A DNA stretch of 64,000 nt from an uncultured Candidatus Rokubacteria bacterium (GTDB taxonomy: Bacteria > Methylomirabilota > Methylomirabilia > Rokubacteriales > DASRDR01), in NCBI GenBank assembly GCA_963826115.1, contig CAWGVS010000007.1:128001-192000 (forward strand), written 5' to 3'. This document shows positions 1 through 8,156 of this stretch, piece after piece. Below the pieces are notes generated by a model. That model was not told the origin of the DNA. It was given only the letters and a program-made list of their open reading frames with translations, and searched no databases. Position 1 is the stretch's first letter. Each line of letters starts with the position of its first letter. The translations under genes and the position numbers were made by a program.

Positions 1-766
1 GCGCCTGCCAGTCGCGTCCGGGACGCATCCCCACCGTCCGATCGTAGCGCGGGTTGTTGCCGAGGTAGAGGTTGATCCCGCCGTTCGAGGAGATCAGGAT
101 CAGCTCCCCGCCCTGGGCCCAGTTCCTCACCGTGACCGGCGCGATGGCGAGGGCCGCGCCGAGGAGCACCCATCCCGCGCGCCGCCGTGCGGCGACGGCC
201 AGGACCGGCAGCAGCACGAGCGCCGGCGCGTTCACGACCGCCGTCAGCCCGCCGAGCAAGCCCGTCGCGAGCCAGCCGCGGCCCCCGCGCTCCTCGGGCG
301 CGCGGGCCGCCAACCAGAGCGTCGCCATCTGGAGACAGATGGCCAGGGACGGCGCCAGGAGCTCCGCGTCGTAGTAGACGAGAGTGCCGTAGAGCGCGAC
401 GACGAGGCCCGCGCCGAGCCCAACCGCGCGGCCGAAGACGCGGGTGCCGAGGGCGCAGGTCAGCGCCGCGGTCAGCGCGCCCAGCCCGGCCTGGACCAGG
501 CGGGGCGCGAGAAAGCCCGGCCCCGCGACGCGGAGAATCGCGGCGAGAAAGTACGGATAGCCGGGCGGCTGCCAGTAGACCCGTTCCGCCCAGCCCTCGC
601 CCGCCGCGAGGGCCCGGGCGGCCCAGTAGTAGGTCTCGGCGTCGAGGACCGGGCGCGCGAAGTACGGGCTCTCCGGGAGGGCGAGGACGTGCGCGAACCG
701 GACGGCGAAGGCGACGGCGAAGACGGCGACGGACGGCCCGATGCGGGGCGCGCCCGCCAAGCTCAC
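1..766 (-). CDS. Glycosyltransferase family 39 / ArnT-like GT-C membrane protein, N-terminal part (runs off the window edge)
   Basis: Not in the ORF track. Hand translation from GTG at 766 gives MSLAGAPRIGPSVAVFAVAFAVRFAHVLALPESPYFARPVLDAETYYWAARALAAGEGWAERVYWQPPGYPYFLA. A TM helix, then D-x2-Y, then PPGYPYFL is typical of GT39/ArnT-like proteins. Confidence 0.75.
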   Translation of the reverse strand, partial: MSLAGAPRIGPSVAVFAVAFAVRFAHVLALPESPYFARPVLDAETYYWAARALAAGEGWAERVYWQPPGYPYFLAAILRVAGPGFLAPRLVQAGLGALTAALTCALGTRVFGRAVGLGAGLVVALYGTLVYYDAELLAPSLAICLQMATLWLAARAPEERGGRGWLATGLLGGLTAVVNAPALVLLPVLAVAARRRAGWVLLGAALAIAPVTVRNWAQGGELILISSNGGINLYLGNNPRYDRTVGMRPGRDWQA

Positions 767-785
767 CCCGCCTCGGGGACCGGGG

Positions 786-1655
786 TCACTTCCGCCCGCC
801 CTGGGCCTTCTTCTCGACGCGCTCGGGCCTGGCGGTGGCGGCGGGGCGCTCGACCTTGGCGGGCGGCTTCTTGCCGGGCGCCGGCTTCCGGGCCAGGCTC
901 TCCTTGAGCGCGTCCATCAGATCGATCACCTGGGCGCGTTGCGTCTCGGGCCCGGTCGCCGTGACTTCCCGGCCTTCGACCTTCTGCTCCACGGTGGCCA
1001 GGACGCGCTGCCGGTACTCGTCCTCGTACTGCGCGGGGGCGAACTCGTCGTGCGAGAGCTCGTCGACCAGGCGGACCGCCAGGTCGAGCTCCCCCTCCCG
1101 GATCTTTGCGGACTGGCCCTTGTCGATCTCGGCGAAGCTCCGGACCTCGTCGGCGAAGTACATCGTGTGGAGCATGAGCCCGCCCTGGGCGGGGCGGATC
1201 AGGACAAGGCTCTCCTTGCCGCGCATCACGAACTTGGCGAGCGCGACGCGGTCGGTCTTGGCCATCGCGTCGGTCAGGAGCCGGTAGGCTTTCTCGCCGC
1301 CCTTGTCCGGCCCGAGGTAGTAGGTCTTCTCGAAGTAGATCGGGTCGACCTTGGCGAGCGGGACGAACTCCGCGATGTCGATGACCTTGGAGGCCTCCCC
1401 TTCCAGCGCCTTCAGCTCCTCGTCGGTGAAGCGGACGTACTCGTCCTTCTGGACCTCGTAGCCCTTGACGAGAGCCGTCCGGTCCACGACCTCGTGGTCG
1501 ACGGGGCAGTAGGTCTGCTGGCGGATCCGGCTCCCGCATTTGGCGTGGAGGAGGTTGAAGCTCACGCTCGCCGACGAGGCGGCGGTGTAGAGGCGGATCG
1601 GAATGGAGACCAGCCCGAAGGAGATCGTCCCCGACCCGATCGAATGCGGTGGCAT
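786..1655 (-). CDS. ku: Non-homologous end joining protein Ku
   Basis: SGTISFGLVSIPIRLY, KGYE, IDIAEFVP..VDPIYFEKTYYLGP, VIDLMDALKESL and a basic tail. Start placed at ATG 1655 (MPPHSIG). Confidence 0.97.
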   Translation of the reverse strand: MPPHSIGSGTISFGLVSIPIRLYTAASSASVSFNLLHAKCGSRIRQQTYCPVDHEVVDRTALVKGYEVQKDEYVRFTDEELKALEGEASKVIDIAEFVPLAKVDPIYFEKTYYLGPDKGGEKAYRLLTDAMAKTDRVALAKFVMRGKESLVLIRPAQGGLMLHTMYFADEVRSFAEIDKGQSAKIREGELDLAVRLVDELSHDEFAPAQYEDEYRQRVLATVEQKVEGREVTATGPETQRAQVIDLMDALKESLARKPAPGKKPPAKVERPAATARPERVEKKAQGGRK

Positions 1656-1689
1656 TGCGCGCCCTCCCGGCCCGGAACTGTCGACGTGA

Positions 1690-1731
1690 TGAAGCATTTT
1701 GCACCGTATCACGGGGCCCGCTATGCTTCAA
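1690..1731. promoter_or_regulatory. Overlapping divergent sigma70-like promoters for ligD (+) and ku (-), flanked by an 8-bp inverted repeat
   Basis: Plus strand TTGCAC(1699-1704)-N17-TATGCT(1722-1727). Minus strand TTGAAG(1731-1726)-N17-TACGGT(1708-1703). Inverted repeat TGAAGCAT(1690-1697)/ATGCTTCA(1723-1730). Confidence 0.55.
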
Positions 1732-1789
1732 AGCGCCCCCGGGACGCCCCACCACTTGGGGTCGCCGCGCGGGCGAGGGCCAGCCCCTA

Positions 1790-4447
1790 GTGATCGATGA
1801 GCGGCCGCCGCAGCTCGACGCCTACCGGCGAAAGCGCGACCCCGATCGCACGCCCGAGCCCTTCGGGGGTGGGCGGACGGGGGCGGGCGGCCTCTTCGTC
1901 GTCCAGCAGCACGCCGCCCGGCGCCTCCACTACGACCTGCGCCTCGAGATGGACGGGGTCCTCAAGAGCTGGGCCGTGCCCAAGGGGCCGTCGATCCGGC
2001 CCGAGGTCAAGCGTCTGGCCGTCCACGTGGAGGACCATCCCCTCGAGTACGCCGACTTCGAGGGCGTGATCCCCCGGGACAACTACGGCGCCGGCGCGGT
2101 CATCGTCTGGGACCACGGGCGCTACCGCTCCGCCAAGCCCGAGAACCTGCGGCGTCAGCTCGAGCGGGGCCTGGTGGAGGTGGAGTTCCACGGGCACAAG
2201 CTCCGGGGCCGCTGGGCGCTCGCCCGGATGGCCGGCACCGGGAAGGACTGGCTCCTGATCCGGAAATCGGGCGAGCCGGTCCCGGCCGAGGAGCTGACCG
2301 AGCGCCATCCCCGCTCCGTCCGCTCGGGCCTCACGCTCGAGGAGATGCGGGACCCCGGCACTGTCCGGGACGCCCTCCGGGCCCGACTCCGGAAGGTCGG
2401 GGCCCCCGTCCGCTCGGTGTCGGCCCGCGAGCAGGGCTTCATGCTCGCGACGCCCGCCGAGCGCGCGCCCGCGGGGGCGGACTGGCTCTTCGAGATCAAG
2501 CACGACGGGGTGCGGGTCCTGGCGGAGCGCGCCGGCGACCGGATAACGCTCGTCGGCCGGAACGGACGGGTCACGACCGACCGCTACCCCGAGATCGTCT
2601 CGGCCCTCCGGGCCCTCGCGTTCGACCACGTCCTGATGGACGGCGAGATCGTCGCCCTCGACGCGCGGGGTCGGTCGAGCTTCCAGCGCCTCCAGGCGCG
2701 CATGGGCCTCACACGTCCGGCCGACGTGGCCCGCGTGCTCGGCCAGGTGCCCGTCGAGGCCGTGTTCTTCGACTGCCTCGCCCTCGAGGGCCACGACCTC
2801 CGGCGCCTGCCGCTCGAGGCGCGGAAGGCCTGTCTCGAGCGCGTGCTCCCGCCGCGCGGCGTCGCGCGCTACGGCGACCACGTCGAGGCGGACGGACCGG
2901 CGTTCCTCGAGGCGGCGGCGGAGGCGCGGCTCGAGGGCATCGTGGCGAAGCGCCGGGAGAGCGCCTACGTCCCGCGGCGCGCGGGCGCGTGGCTCAAGAT
3001 CAAGTGCCAGCGCCGTCAGGAATTCGTCGTCGGCGGATACACCGCCCCCCAGGGCGGGCGCACCCGCTTCGGCGCCCTTCACCTCGGCCTCTACGACGGC
3101 CCGCGGCTCGTCTACGTGTCGAAGGTCGGCACGGGCTTCGACGGGGCCGAGCTCGAGCGCCTCTGGCGGAAGCTCGAGCCGCTCCGGCGCGAGGCGTCGC
3201 CCTTCGACGCGGGCACGCCGGCGGGGCGCGGCCACCACTGGGTGGAGCCCCGCCTCGTCGCGGAGGTGCGGTTCACCGAGTGGACCCGGGGCGGCGGGAT
3301 CCGCCATCCGGCGTACCTCGGGCTCCGGGACGACGTGCGTCCCGAGAACTGTCGCCGCGAGCCGTCGGACACCGAGGGCGGGCTCGGCGACACCGAGCCC
3401 GTGGGCGCCGAGCCGCGGGCGGCCGAGCGCACGACCGACCCGATGCCGCCGGCCGGGCCCTCGGATCGCGCGCCGGCGTCGCCGCCCGACGCGTCGCGCG
3501 TCCGCCTGACCAACCTCGACAAGGTCTTCTGGCCCGCCGAGGGGTACACGAAGGGCGACCTGATCGGCTACTACGACGCGATCGCGTCGACGATGCTCCC
3601 CTACCTCCGCGACCGGCCCATCGTCCTCACGCGCTACCCGGACGGGATCGCCGGCAAGTCGTTCTTCCAGAAGGACGCGCCGGAGTTCGCGCCGGACTGG
3701 GTGCGGACCGAGCGCGTCTACTCGAAGGACACCGACCGGGAGATCGACTACTTCGTCGTGGACGACGCCGAGATGCTGCGCTACGTGGCGAACATGGGGA
3801 CGATCCCCATCCACGCGTGGAGCGCGCGCGTCCCGGCGCTCGAGCGCCCGGACTGGCTCGTCCTCGACCTCGACCCGAAGGGCGCGCCCTTCACCGACGT
3901 CGTCCGGGTCGCCCAGGCGGTCCACCGCGTGCTCGACGACCTCGAGCTCCCGAGCCACGTGAAGACGTCGGGCGCCACCGGGCTCCACGTCCTGGTCCCC
4001 CTCGGCGCCCGGTACACGCACGAGCAGTCGCGGACGCTCGCCCGCCTCCTGGCCGTCATGGTGGTGGAGCTCGTCCCGGCGATCGCCACGGTGGCGCGCC
4101 CCCTCGGCGCGCGGGGCGGGAAGGTATACGTCGACTTCGGCCAGAACGGCCACGGCCGGACGATCGCCGCGCCCTTCTCGGTCCGGCCTCTCCCCGGCGC
4201 GCCCGTCTCGTGCCCGCTCGACTGGACGGAGGTGACCGCGCGGCTCGAGCCGGCCCGCTTCACGATCCGCACCGTGCCGCGGCGCTTCGCGCGGCGCGCC
4301 GACCCGCTCCGGCCGGTGCTCGGCTCCGGGATCGACATGGCCGCCGCGCTCGCGCGGCTCGAGGCTCGCGTCGGGACGAAGGCGCCCGCCCCTCCGGCCG
4401 CGCGGTCGATCCGGGCCACGAGTCCCTCGCGGCGACGCCCGGGGTAA
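1790..4447 (+). CDS. ligD: DNA ligase D (phosphoesterase-ligase-polymerase)
   Basis: PE domain (FVVQQHAARRLHYDLRLE, SWAVPKGP), ligase (EIKHDG, EGIVAK, WLKIK) and primase-polymerase (RYPDGI, FFQK, LDLDP, KTSG). Start likely GTG 1790. Confidence 0.97.
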   Translation: MIDERPPQLDAYRRKRDPDRTPEPFGGGRTGAGGLFVVQQHAARRLHYDLRLEMDGVLKSWAVPKGPSIRPEVKRLAVHVEDHPLEYADFEGVIPRDNYGAGAVIVWDHGRYRSAKPENLRRQLERGLVEVEFHGHKLRGRWALARMAGTGKDWLLIRKSGEPVPAEELTERHPRSVRSGLTLEEMRDPGTVRDALRARLRKVGAPVRSVSAREQGFMLATPAERAPAGADWLFEIKHDGVRVLAERAGDRITLVGRNGRVTTDRYPEIVSALRALAFDHVLMDGEIVALDARGRSSFQRLQARMGLTRPADVARVLGQVPVEAVFFDCLALEGHDLRRLPLEARKACLERVLPPRGVARYGDHVEADGPAFLEAAAEARLEGIVAKRRESAYVPRRAGAWLKIKCQRRQEFVVGGYTAPQGGRTRFGALHLGLYDGPRLVYVSKVGTGFDGAELERLWRKLEPLRREASPFDAGTPAGRGHHWVEPRLVAEVRFTEWTRGGGIRHPAYLGLRDDVRPENCRREPSDTEGGLGDTEPVGAEPRAAERTTDPMPPAGPSDRAPASPPDASRVRLTNLDKVFWPAEGYTKGDLIGYYDAIASTMLPYLRDRPIVLTRYPDGIAGKSFFQKDAPEFAPDWVRTERVYSKDTDREIDYFVVDDAEMLRYVANMGTIPIHAWSARVPALERPDWLVLDLDPKGAPFTDVVRVAQAVHRVLDDLELPSHVKTSGATGLHVLVPLGARYTHEQSRTLARLLAVMVVELVPAIATVARPLGARGGKVYVDFGQNGHGRTIAAPFSVRPLPGAPVSCPLDWTEVTARLEPARFTIRTVPRRFARRADPLRPVLGSGIDMAAALARLEARVGTKAPAPPAARSIRATSPSRRRPG

Positions 4448-4483
4448 CGTAGCGCCGTCGGGTCCGCGAGAGCCGCCGGCCCA

Positions 4484-4513
4484 TTGACGGGGTCCGCGCC
4501 GGCGTCCTATAGT
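4484..4513 (+). promoter_or_regulatory. sigma70-like promoter of the alcohol dehydrogenase gene
   Basis: TTGACG(4484-4489)-N18-TATAGT(4508-4513). Confidence 0.75.
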
Positions 4514-4571
4514 CCCGCGGGCTAGCGCCTTCCGCACCAGCGTCCGTCGCGCCAGAGAGAAGGGGGCATCC

Positions 4572-5666
4572 GTGAAAGCAGCGATCCTCTACGAGGCCAA
4601 CAAGCCGCTCCAGGTCGTCGACGTCGAGCAGGAGGGCCCGAAGACCGGCGAGGCCCGGGTCCGCGTGATGGCGACGGGCGTCTGCCACAGCGACTGGCAC
4701 ATCATGAACGGCGACTGGGCGTCGCCCATGCCGGTCGTCCTGGGACACGAGGCGGCCGGGCTCGTGGAGGACGTCGGGGCCGGCGTGAAGACGGTCCGTC
4801 CCGGGGACCACGTGATCTTCTCCTTCCGTCCCCACTGCGGCCGGTGCCTCTACTGCTCGACGGGCCGGACGATCCTCTGCGACGGCCACACCGCCGCCCG
4901 CGGCATGCAGCTCGACGACACGTTCCGGCTGCGCCGGAACGGCCAGGGGATCTACCAGATGGGGCGGATCGGCACCTTCGGCGAGCACGTGGTCTGCCCG
5001 GCGGAGATGCTGGTGCCGATGCGCAAGGAGATGCCCTGGGCCCAGGCCGCCCTCCTCGGCTGCTGCGTCCCGACCGGCGTGGGCGCGGTGACCCGGTGCG
5101 CCCAGGTCGAGTCGGGCGCCTCCGTCGTCGTGATCGGCTGCGGCGGCGTCGGCCTGAACGTCGTCCAGGGCGCGCGCCTCGCGGGGGCCCGGATGATCGT
5201 CGCGTGCGATCTCCTCGACAACAAGCTCGTCTTCGCCAAGGAGTTCGGCGCCACCCACACGGTCAACGCGGCCCACGCGGACGTCGTGGAGACGGTGCGC
5301 GGCCTCACCGGCGGCCGCGGCGCCGACTACGCCTTCGACGCCATCGGGAGCGAGAAGACCACGCTCCAGATCATCGACGCGGTTCGCCCCGGCGGCACCG
5401 CGGTGATCGTGGGCATGGCGCCGCAGGCCGTGCGGGCGCCGATCAATCCGTACCTCATGGCCGTCCAGGAGAAGGTCATCAAGGGCACGATGTACGGCAG
5501 CGTCCGCCCGAACGTCGACTTCCCCTGGCTCGTCGACCTCTATCTCGACGGCCGGCTCAAGGTCGACCAGCTCGTCAGCCGGACCTACCGGCTCGCGGAG
5601 ATCAACGAGGGCTTCGCCGCGATGCGCGGCGGCCAGGTCGCGCGGGGCGTCATCGTCTTCAGCTGA
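4572..5666 (+). CDS. Zn-dependent alcohol dehydrogenase (class III-like MDR)
   Basis: CHSD, GHE, structural Zn motif CGRCLYC..C, GCGGVG Rossmann motif, GTMYG. Confidence 0.93.
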   Translation: MKAAILYEANKPLQVVDVEQEGPKTGEARVRVMATGVCHSDWHIMNGDWASPMPVVLGHEAAGLVEDVGAGVKTVRPGDHVIFSFRPHCGRCLYCSTGRTILCDGHTAARGMQLDDTFRLRRNGQGIYQMGRIGTFGEHVVCPAEMLVPMRKEMPWAQAALLGCCVPTGVGAVTRCAQVESGASVVVIGCGGVGLNVVQGARLAGARMIVACDLLDNKLVFAKEFGATHTVNAAHADVVETVRGLTGGRGADYAFDAIGSEKTTLQIIDAVRPGGTAVIVGMAPQAVRAPINPYLMAVQEKVIKGTMYGSVRPNVDFPWLVDLYLDGRLKVDQLVSRTYRLAEINEGFAAMRGGQVARGVIVFS

Positions 5667-5702
5667 GCCGACGGGCGCGGCGCCGGGAAGACCGCGGCGT
5701 CG

Positions 5703-7265
5703 TCAGGCGAGCGGCAGGCGGACCGTGACGACCGCGCCGCCCTCGGGTCGGGTCGCCGCGCTCACCGAGCCGCCGTAGCCCTCGACGATCGCCTTGACGA
5801 GAGCCAGGCCGAGCCCGGTGTGGCCGTCCTCGCTTTTCCCCGGGCCCGGTCGGTAGCTGTAGAAGCGCGAGAAGATCAGCGTCTCGCTGCCCGCCGGGAA
5901 CCCCGGTCCCTCGTCGGTGACCGTCACGACCGCCCATCCCCCCTGGCGCGCGAGCTCGATCCGCACGGTACCGTCCCGCGGCGAGAACGAGAGCGCGTTG
6001 TCGAGCACGTTTTCGAAGACCGCGGTCAGGCGCTCCGGGACGCCGCGCACCACGACAGGCCCCGGCGCCGGCGCGAGCTCGAGGCGCGGCCTCGCGCCCG
6101 CGCGGAGGCGGTAGCCCTCCGCGATCGCCGCGAGGAGGGCGCCCAGGTCCACCGGCGCCCGCTCCTCCGTCTCGATACCGGCGTCGATCCGGGCGAGCTC
6201 GCGCGACCCGGTCACGAGGTGCTCCATCCGCGCGACCTCGCGCTGGACCAGCTCGAGGAAGCGGCGGCGCTCCGCCGGCGTGTCGACCTCGGCCAGGATC
6301 TCGGTCGCGCTCCGGATCGAGGCGAGCGGGTTCTTCAGCTCGTGCCCGAGGTCGGCGGCGAACGACTCGGTGAAGCGCGCATGGTCCTCGAGCCGCCGGG
6401 TCAGCTCCTCGAGGGCCCGCGCCAGCTCGCCGATCTCGTCCCGCCGCCGCGAGCCGCCGAACCGGCCCCGGAGGCGGCCGCGCCGATCGAGGATCGCGCG
6501 GGCCTCGTCGCGCAGGCGGCGGAGCGGCCGGACGAACGTGGTCGAGACGAGGAGGCTCAGGACCACGGCCACCCCGACGGAGGCGAGGAGGACCTTGAAG
6601 ACGCCGAGCCGCGTCTGGTCGAGAGCGCGGAAGAGCCGCGTCGTGGACTGCGAGATCTCCACGGCGCCCGCCACCCGTCCGCCGTCCCAGACCGGCAGCG
6701 CGCCGAAGAGCGTCATCGAGCGGCGCCCGCCCGGCGACGCGCGCGTGCGCGCGCCGTAGCGGCCGGCGAGCGCGGCCCGCACCTCGGGAGTGGCGAGCAC
6801 GTCCGTCGAGCCGGCGGGCTCGACCGCCTCGGGCTCGGCGGACGGCCCGCCGAGCAGCCGCTCGCCTTGCCGGTAGAGCCACGCGCCCACCTGGTAGAGC
6901 GGCTCGTCTCGCACCCGGGTCGCCCGCGACCGCGCCTCCGCGTCGTCCTCGAGCCGGGGGCCGAGACGGGCCGAGTCCGCGAGGATCCGGCCGTCGGGAT
7001 CCACCACGCGGAGCCGCGCCTCCGACTGCTGGCGGAGCCGCTGGAGGAGCCCCTCGGCGTCCCGGGCGAGGAGCGGGCCCCGCTCGGAGAGCGCGGCCGC
7101 GAGAACGCGCCCCTCCTGGACCATCGCGCGCTCCTGCGCGTCTAGGAGCTGCCGCTCGTAGACGTCGAGGTAGTACACGCCGGCGACCGGCAGGAAGACC
7201 AGGAGCAGGTTGAACGCCAGGAGCCGCACGGAGATCCCCGACACCAGCCGCGCGAGCCAGCTCAC
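5703..7265 (-). CDS. Sensor histidine kinase, ChvG-like
   Basis: True start likely GTG 7265 (MSWLARLVSGISVRLLAFNLL), overlapping the regulator stop. Two TM helices, HAMP (DEIGELARAL), HELKNPLASI, NVLDNA, DEGPG, GLGL. Confidence 0.92.
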   Translation of the reverse strand: MSWLARLVSGISVRLLAFNLLLVFLPVAGVYYLDVYERQLLDAQERAMVQEGRVLAAALSERGPLLARDAEGLLQRLRQQSEARLRVVDPDGRILADSARLGPRLEDDAEARSRATRVRDEPLYQVGAWLYRQGERLLGGPSAEPEAVEPAGSTDVLATPEVRAALAGRYGARTRASPGGRRSMTLFGALPVWDGGRVAGAVEISQSTTRLFRALDQTRLGVFKVLLASVGVAVVLSLLVSTTFVRPLRRLRDEARAILDRRGRLRGRFGGSRRRDEIGELARALEELTRRLEDHARFTESFAADLGHELKNPLASIRSATEILAEVDTPAERRRFLELVQREVARMEHLVTGSRELARIDAGIETEERAPVDLGALLAAIAEGYRLRAGARPRLELAPAPGPVVVRGVPERLTAVFENVLDNALSFSPRDGTVRIELARQGGWAVVTVTDEGPGFPAGSETLIFSRFYSYRPGPGKSEDGHTGLGLALVKAIVEGYGGSVSAATRPEGGAVVTVRLPLA

Positions 7266-7981
7266 GGCGCGTCCTCGCGGTAGCGGTAGCCGAGCCCGTG
7301 CACGGTGTCGATCGCTTCGAATGTGGGGTCGACCTCGGCGAACTTGGCGCGGATCCGCTTGACGTGCGAGTCGACGGTCCGCTCGCTGACGTAGGCGTCG
7401 TGGGGATACCCCTGCTCGAGGAGCTGCTTCCGCGAGCGCACGTGGCCCGGCCGGCGCGCGAGGGCGGCCACGATCAGGAACTCGGTGACGGTCAGCGCGA
7501 CGACCACGTCCTTCCAGCGCGCCAGGTGCCGGTCGAAGTCGAGCGTGAGGGAGCCGAGGGTGACCGCGTTGGCCGCCGGCCGCTCGTCCGGGTGCCGGCC
7601 GAGCGCCGCGCGGCGGAACAGGACGCGGACCCGGGCCACCAGCTCCCGTACCGAGAACGGCTTGCAGAGGTAGTCGTCCGCGCCGAGCTCGAGCCCGAGG
7701 ATCCGGTCGAGCTCCTCGTCGCGCGACGTGAGGAAGATGATCGGGAGCGCGGCGCTCCGGACGCGGAGCCGGCGGCAGAGCTCGAGCCCGTCGACGCGCG
7801 GCATCAGGATGTCGAGCACCACGAGGTCCGGCAGGCGGTGCTCGAAGGCCTCCCAGGCGAGCGCGCCGTCGGCGTAGGCCTCCACCTGGTAGCCCTCGCG
7901 CTGGAGCGCGAACCCCACCGTCTCGCGGATCGACTGCTCGTCGTCCACCACGGCGACCCGCCCCTTCTCCCCCGTCGGCAT
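7262..7981 (-). CDS. OmpR-family response regulator, ChvI-like
   Basis: Receiver domain (VVDD, LDILMP, GADDYLCKPF) plus winged helix (LTVTEF, RTVDSHVKRIRAKF, TVHGLGY). Confidence 0.95.
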   Translation of the reverse strand: MPTGEKGRVAVVDDEQSIRETVGFALQREGYQVEAYADGALAWEAFEHRLPDLVVLDILMPRVDGLELCRRLRVRSAALPIIFLTSRDEELDRILGLELGADDYLCKPFSVRELVARVRVLFRRAALGRHPDERPAANAVTLGSLTLDFDRHLARWKDVVVALTVTEFLIVAALARRPGHVRSRKQLLEQGYPHDAYVSERTVDSHVKRIRAKFAEVDPTFEAIDTVHGLGYRYREDAP

Positions 7982-7988
7982 GGGAGCC

Positions 7989-8018
7989 AGCATGGGACGG
8001 CGCTCGTTCGGGCGTCAA
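7989..8018 (-). promoter_or_regulatory. sigma70-like promoter of the regulator/kinase pair (leaderless-type)
   Basis: TTGACG(8018-8013)-N18-CATGCT(7994-7989), 7 nt before ATG 7981. Confidence 0.6.
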
Positions 8019-8029
8019 GGAAACTCCCT

Positions 8030-8089
8030 GCCACAGCGCCGCCACAATTCGCCACGAACGTTCCCCGACCGCGCCCCGGTGGCGCCACG
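8030..8089 (+). promoter_or_regulatory. Phased GCCAC direct repeats, candidate OmpR-family operator
   Basis: GCCACA 8030, GCCACA 8041, GCCACG 8051, GCCACG 8084, spaced in multiples of about 10-11 nt, upstream of the -10-like TACAAC at 8099-8104. Confidence 0.45.
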
Positions 8090-8156
8090 GGCGTCCGCTA
8101 CAACCAGCCGAGAGCACGGGCGTCTCCCGAACCCCTCGCACTCATGGAGGTGCGTC

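Noticed and set aside
700-735. GACGGCGA(A) short tandem repeats
   Set aside because: They encode the hydrophobic helix VAVFAVAFAV of the minus-strand GT39 gene and are not a repeat array.
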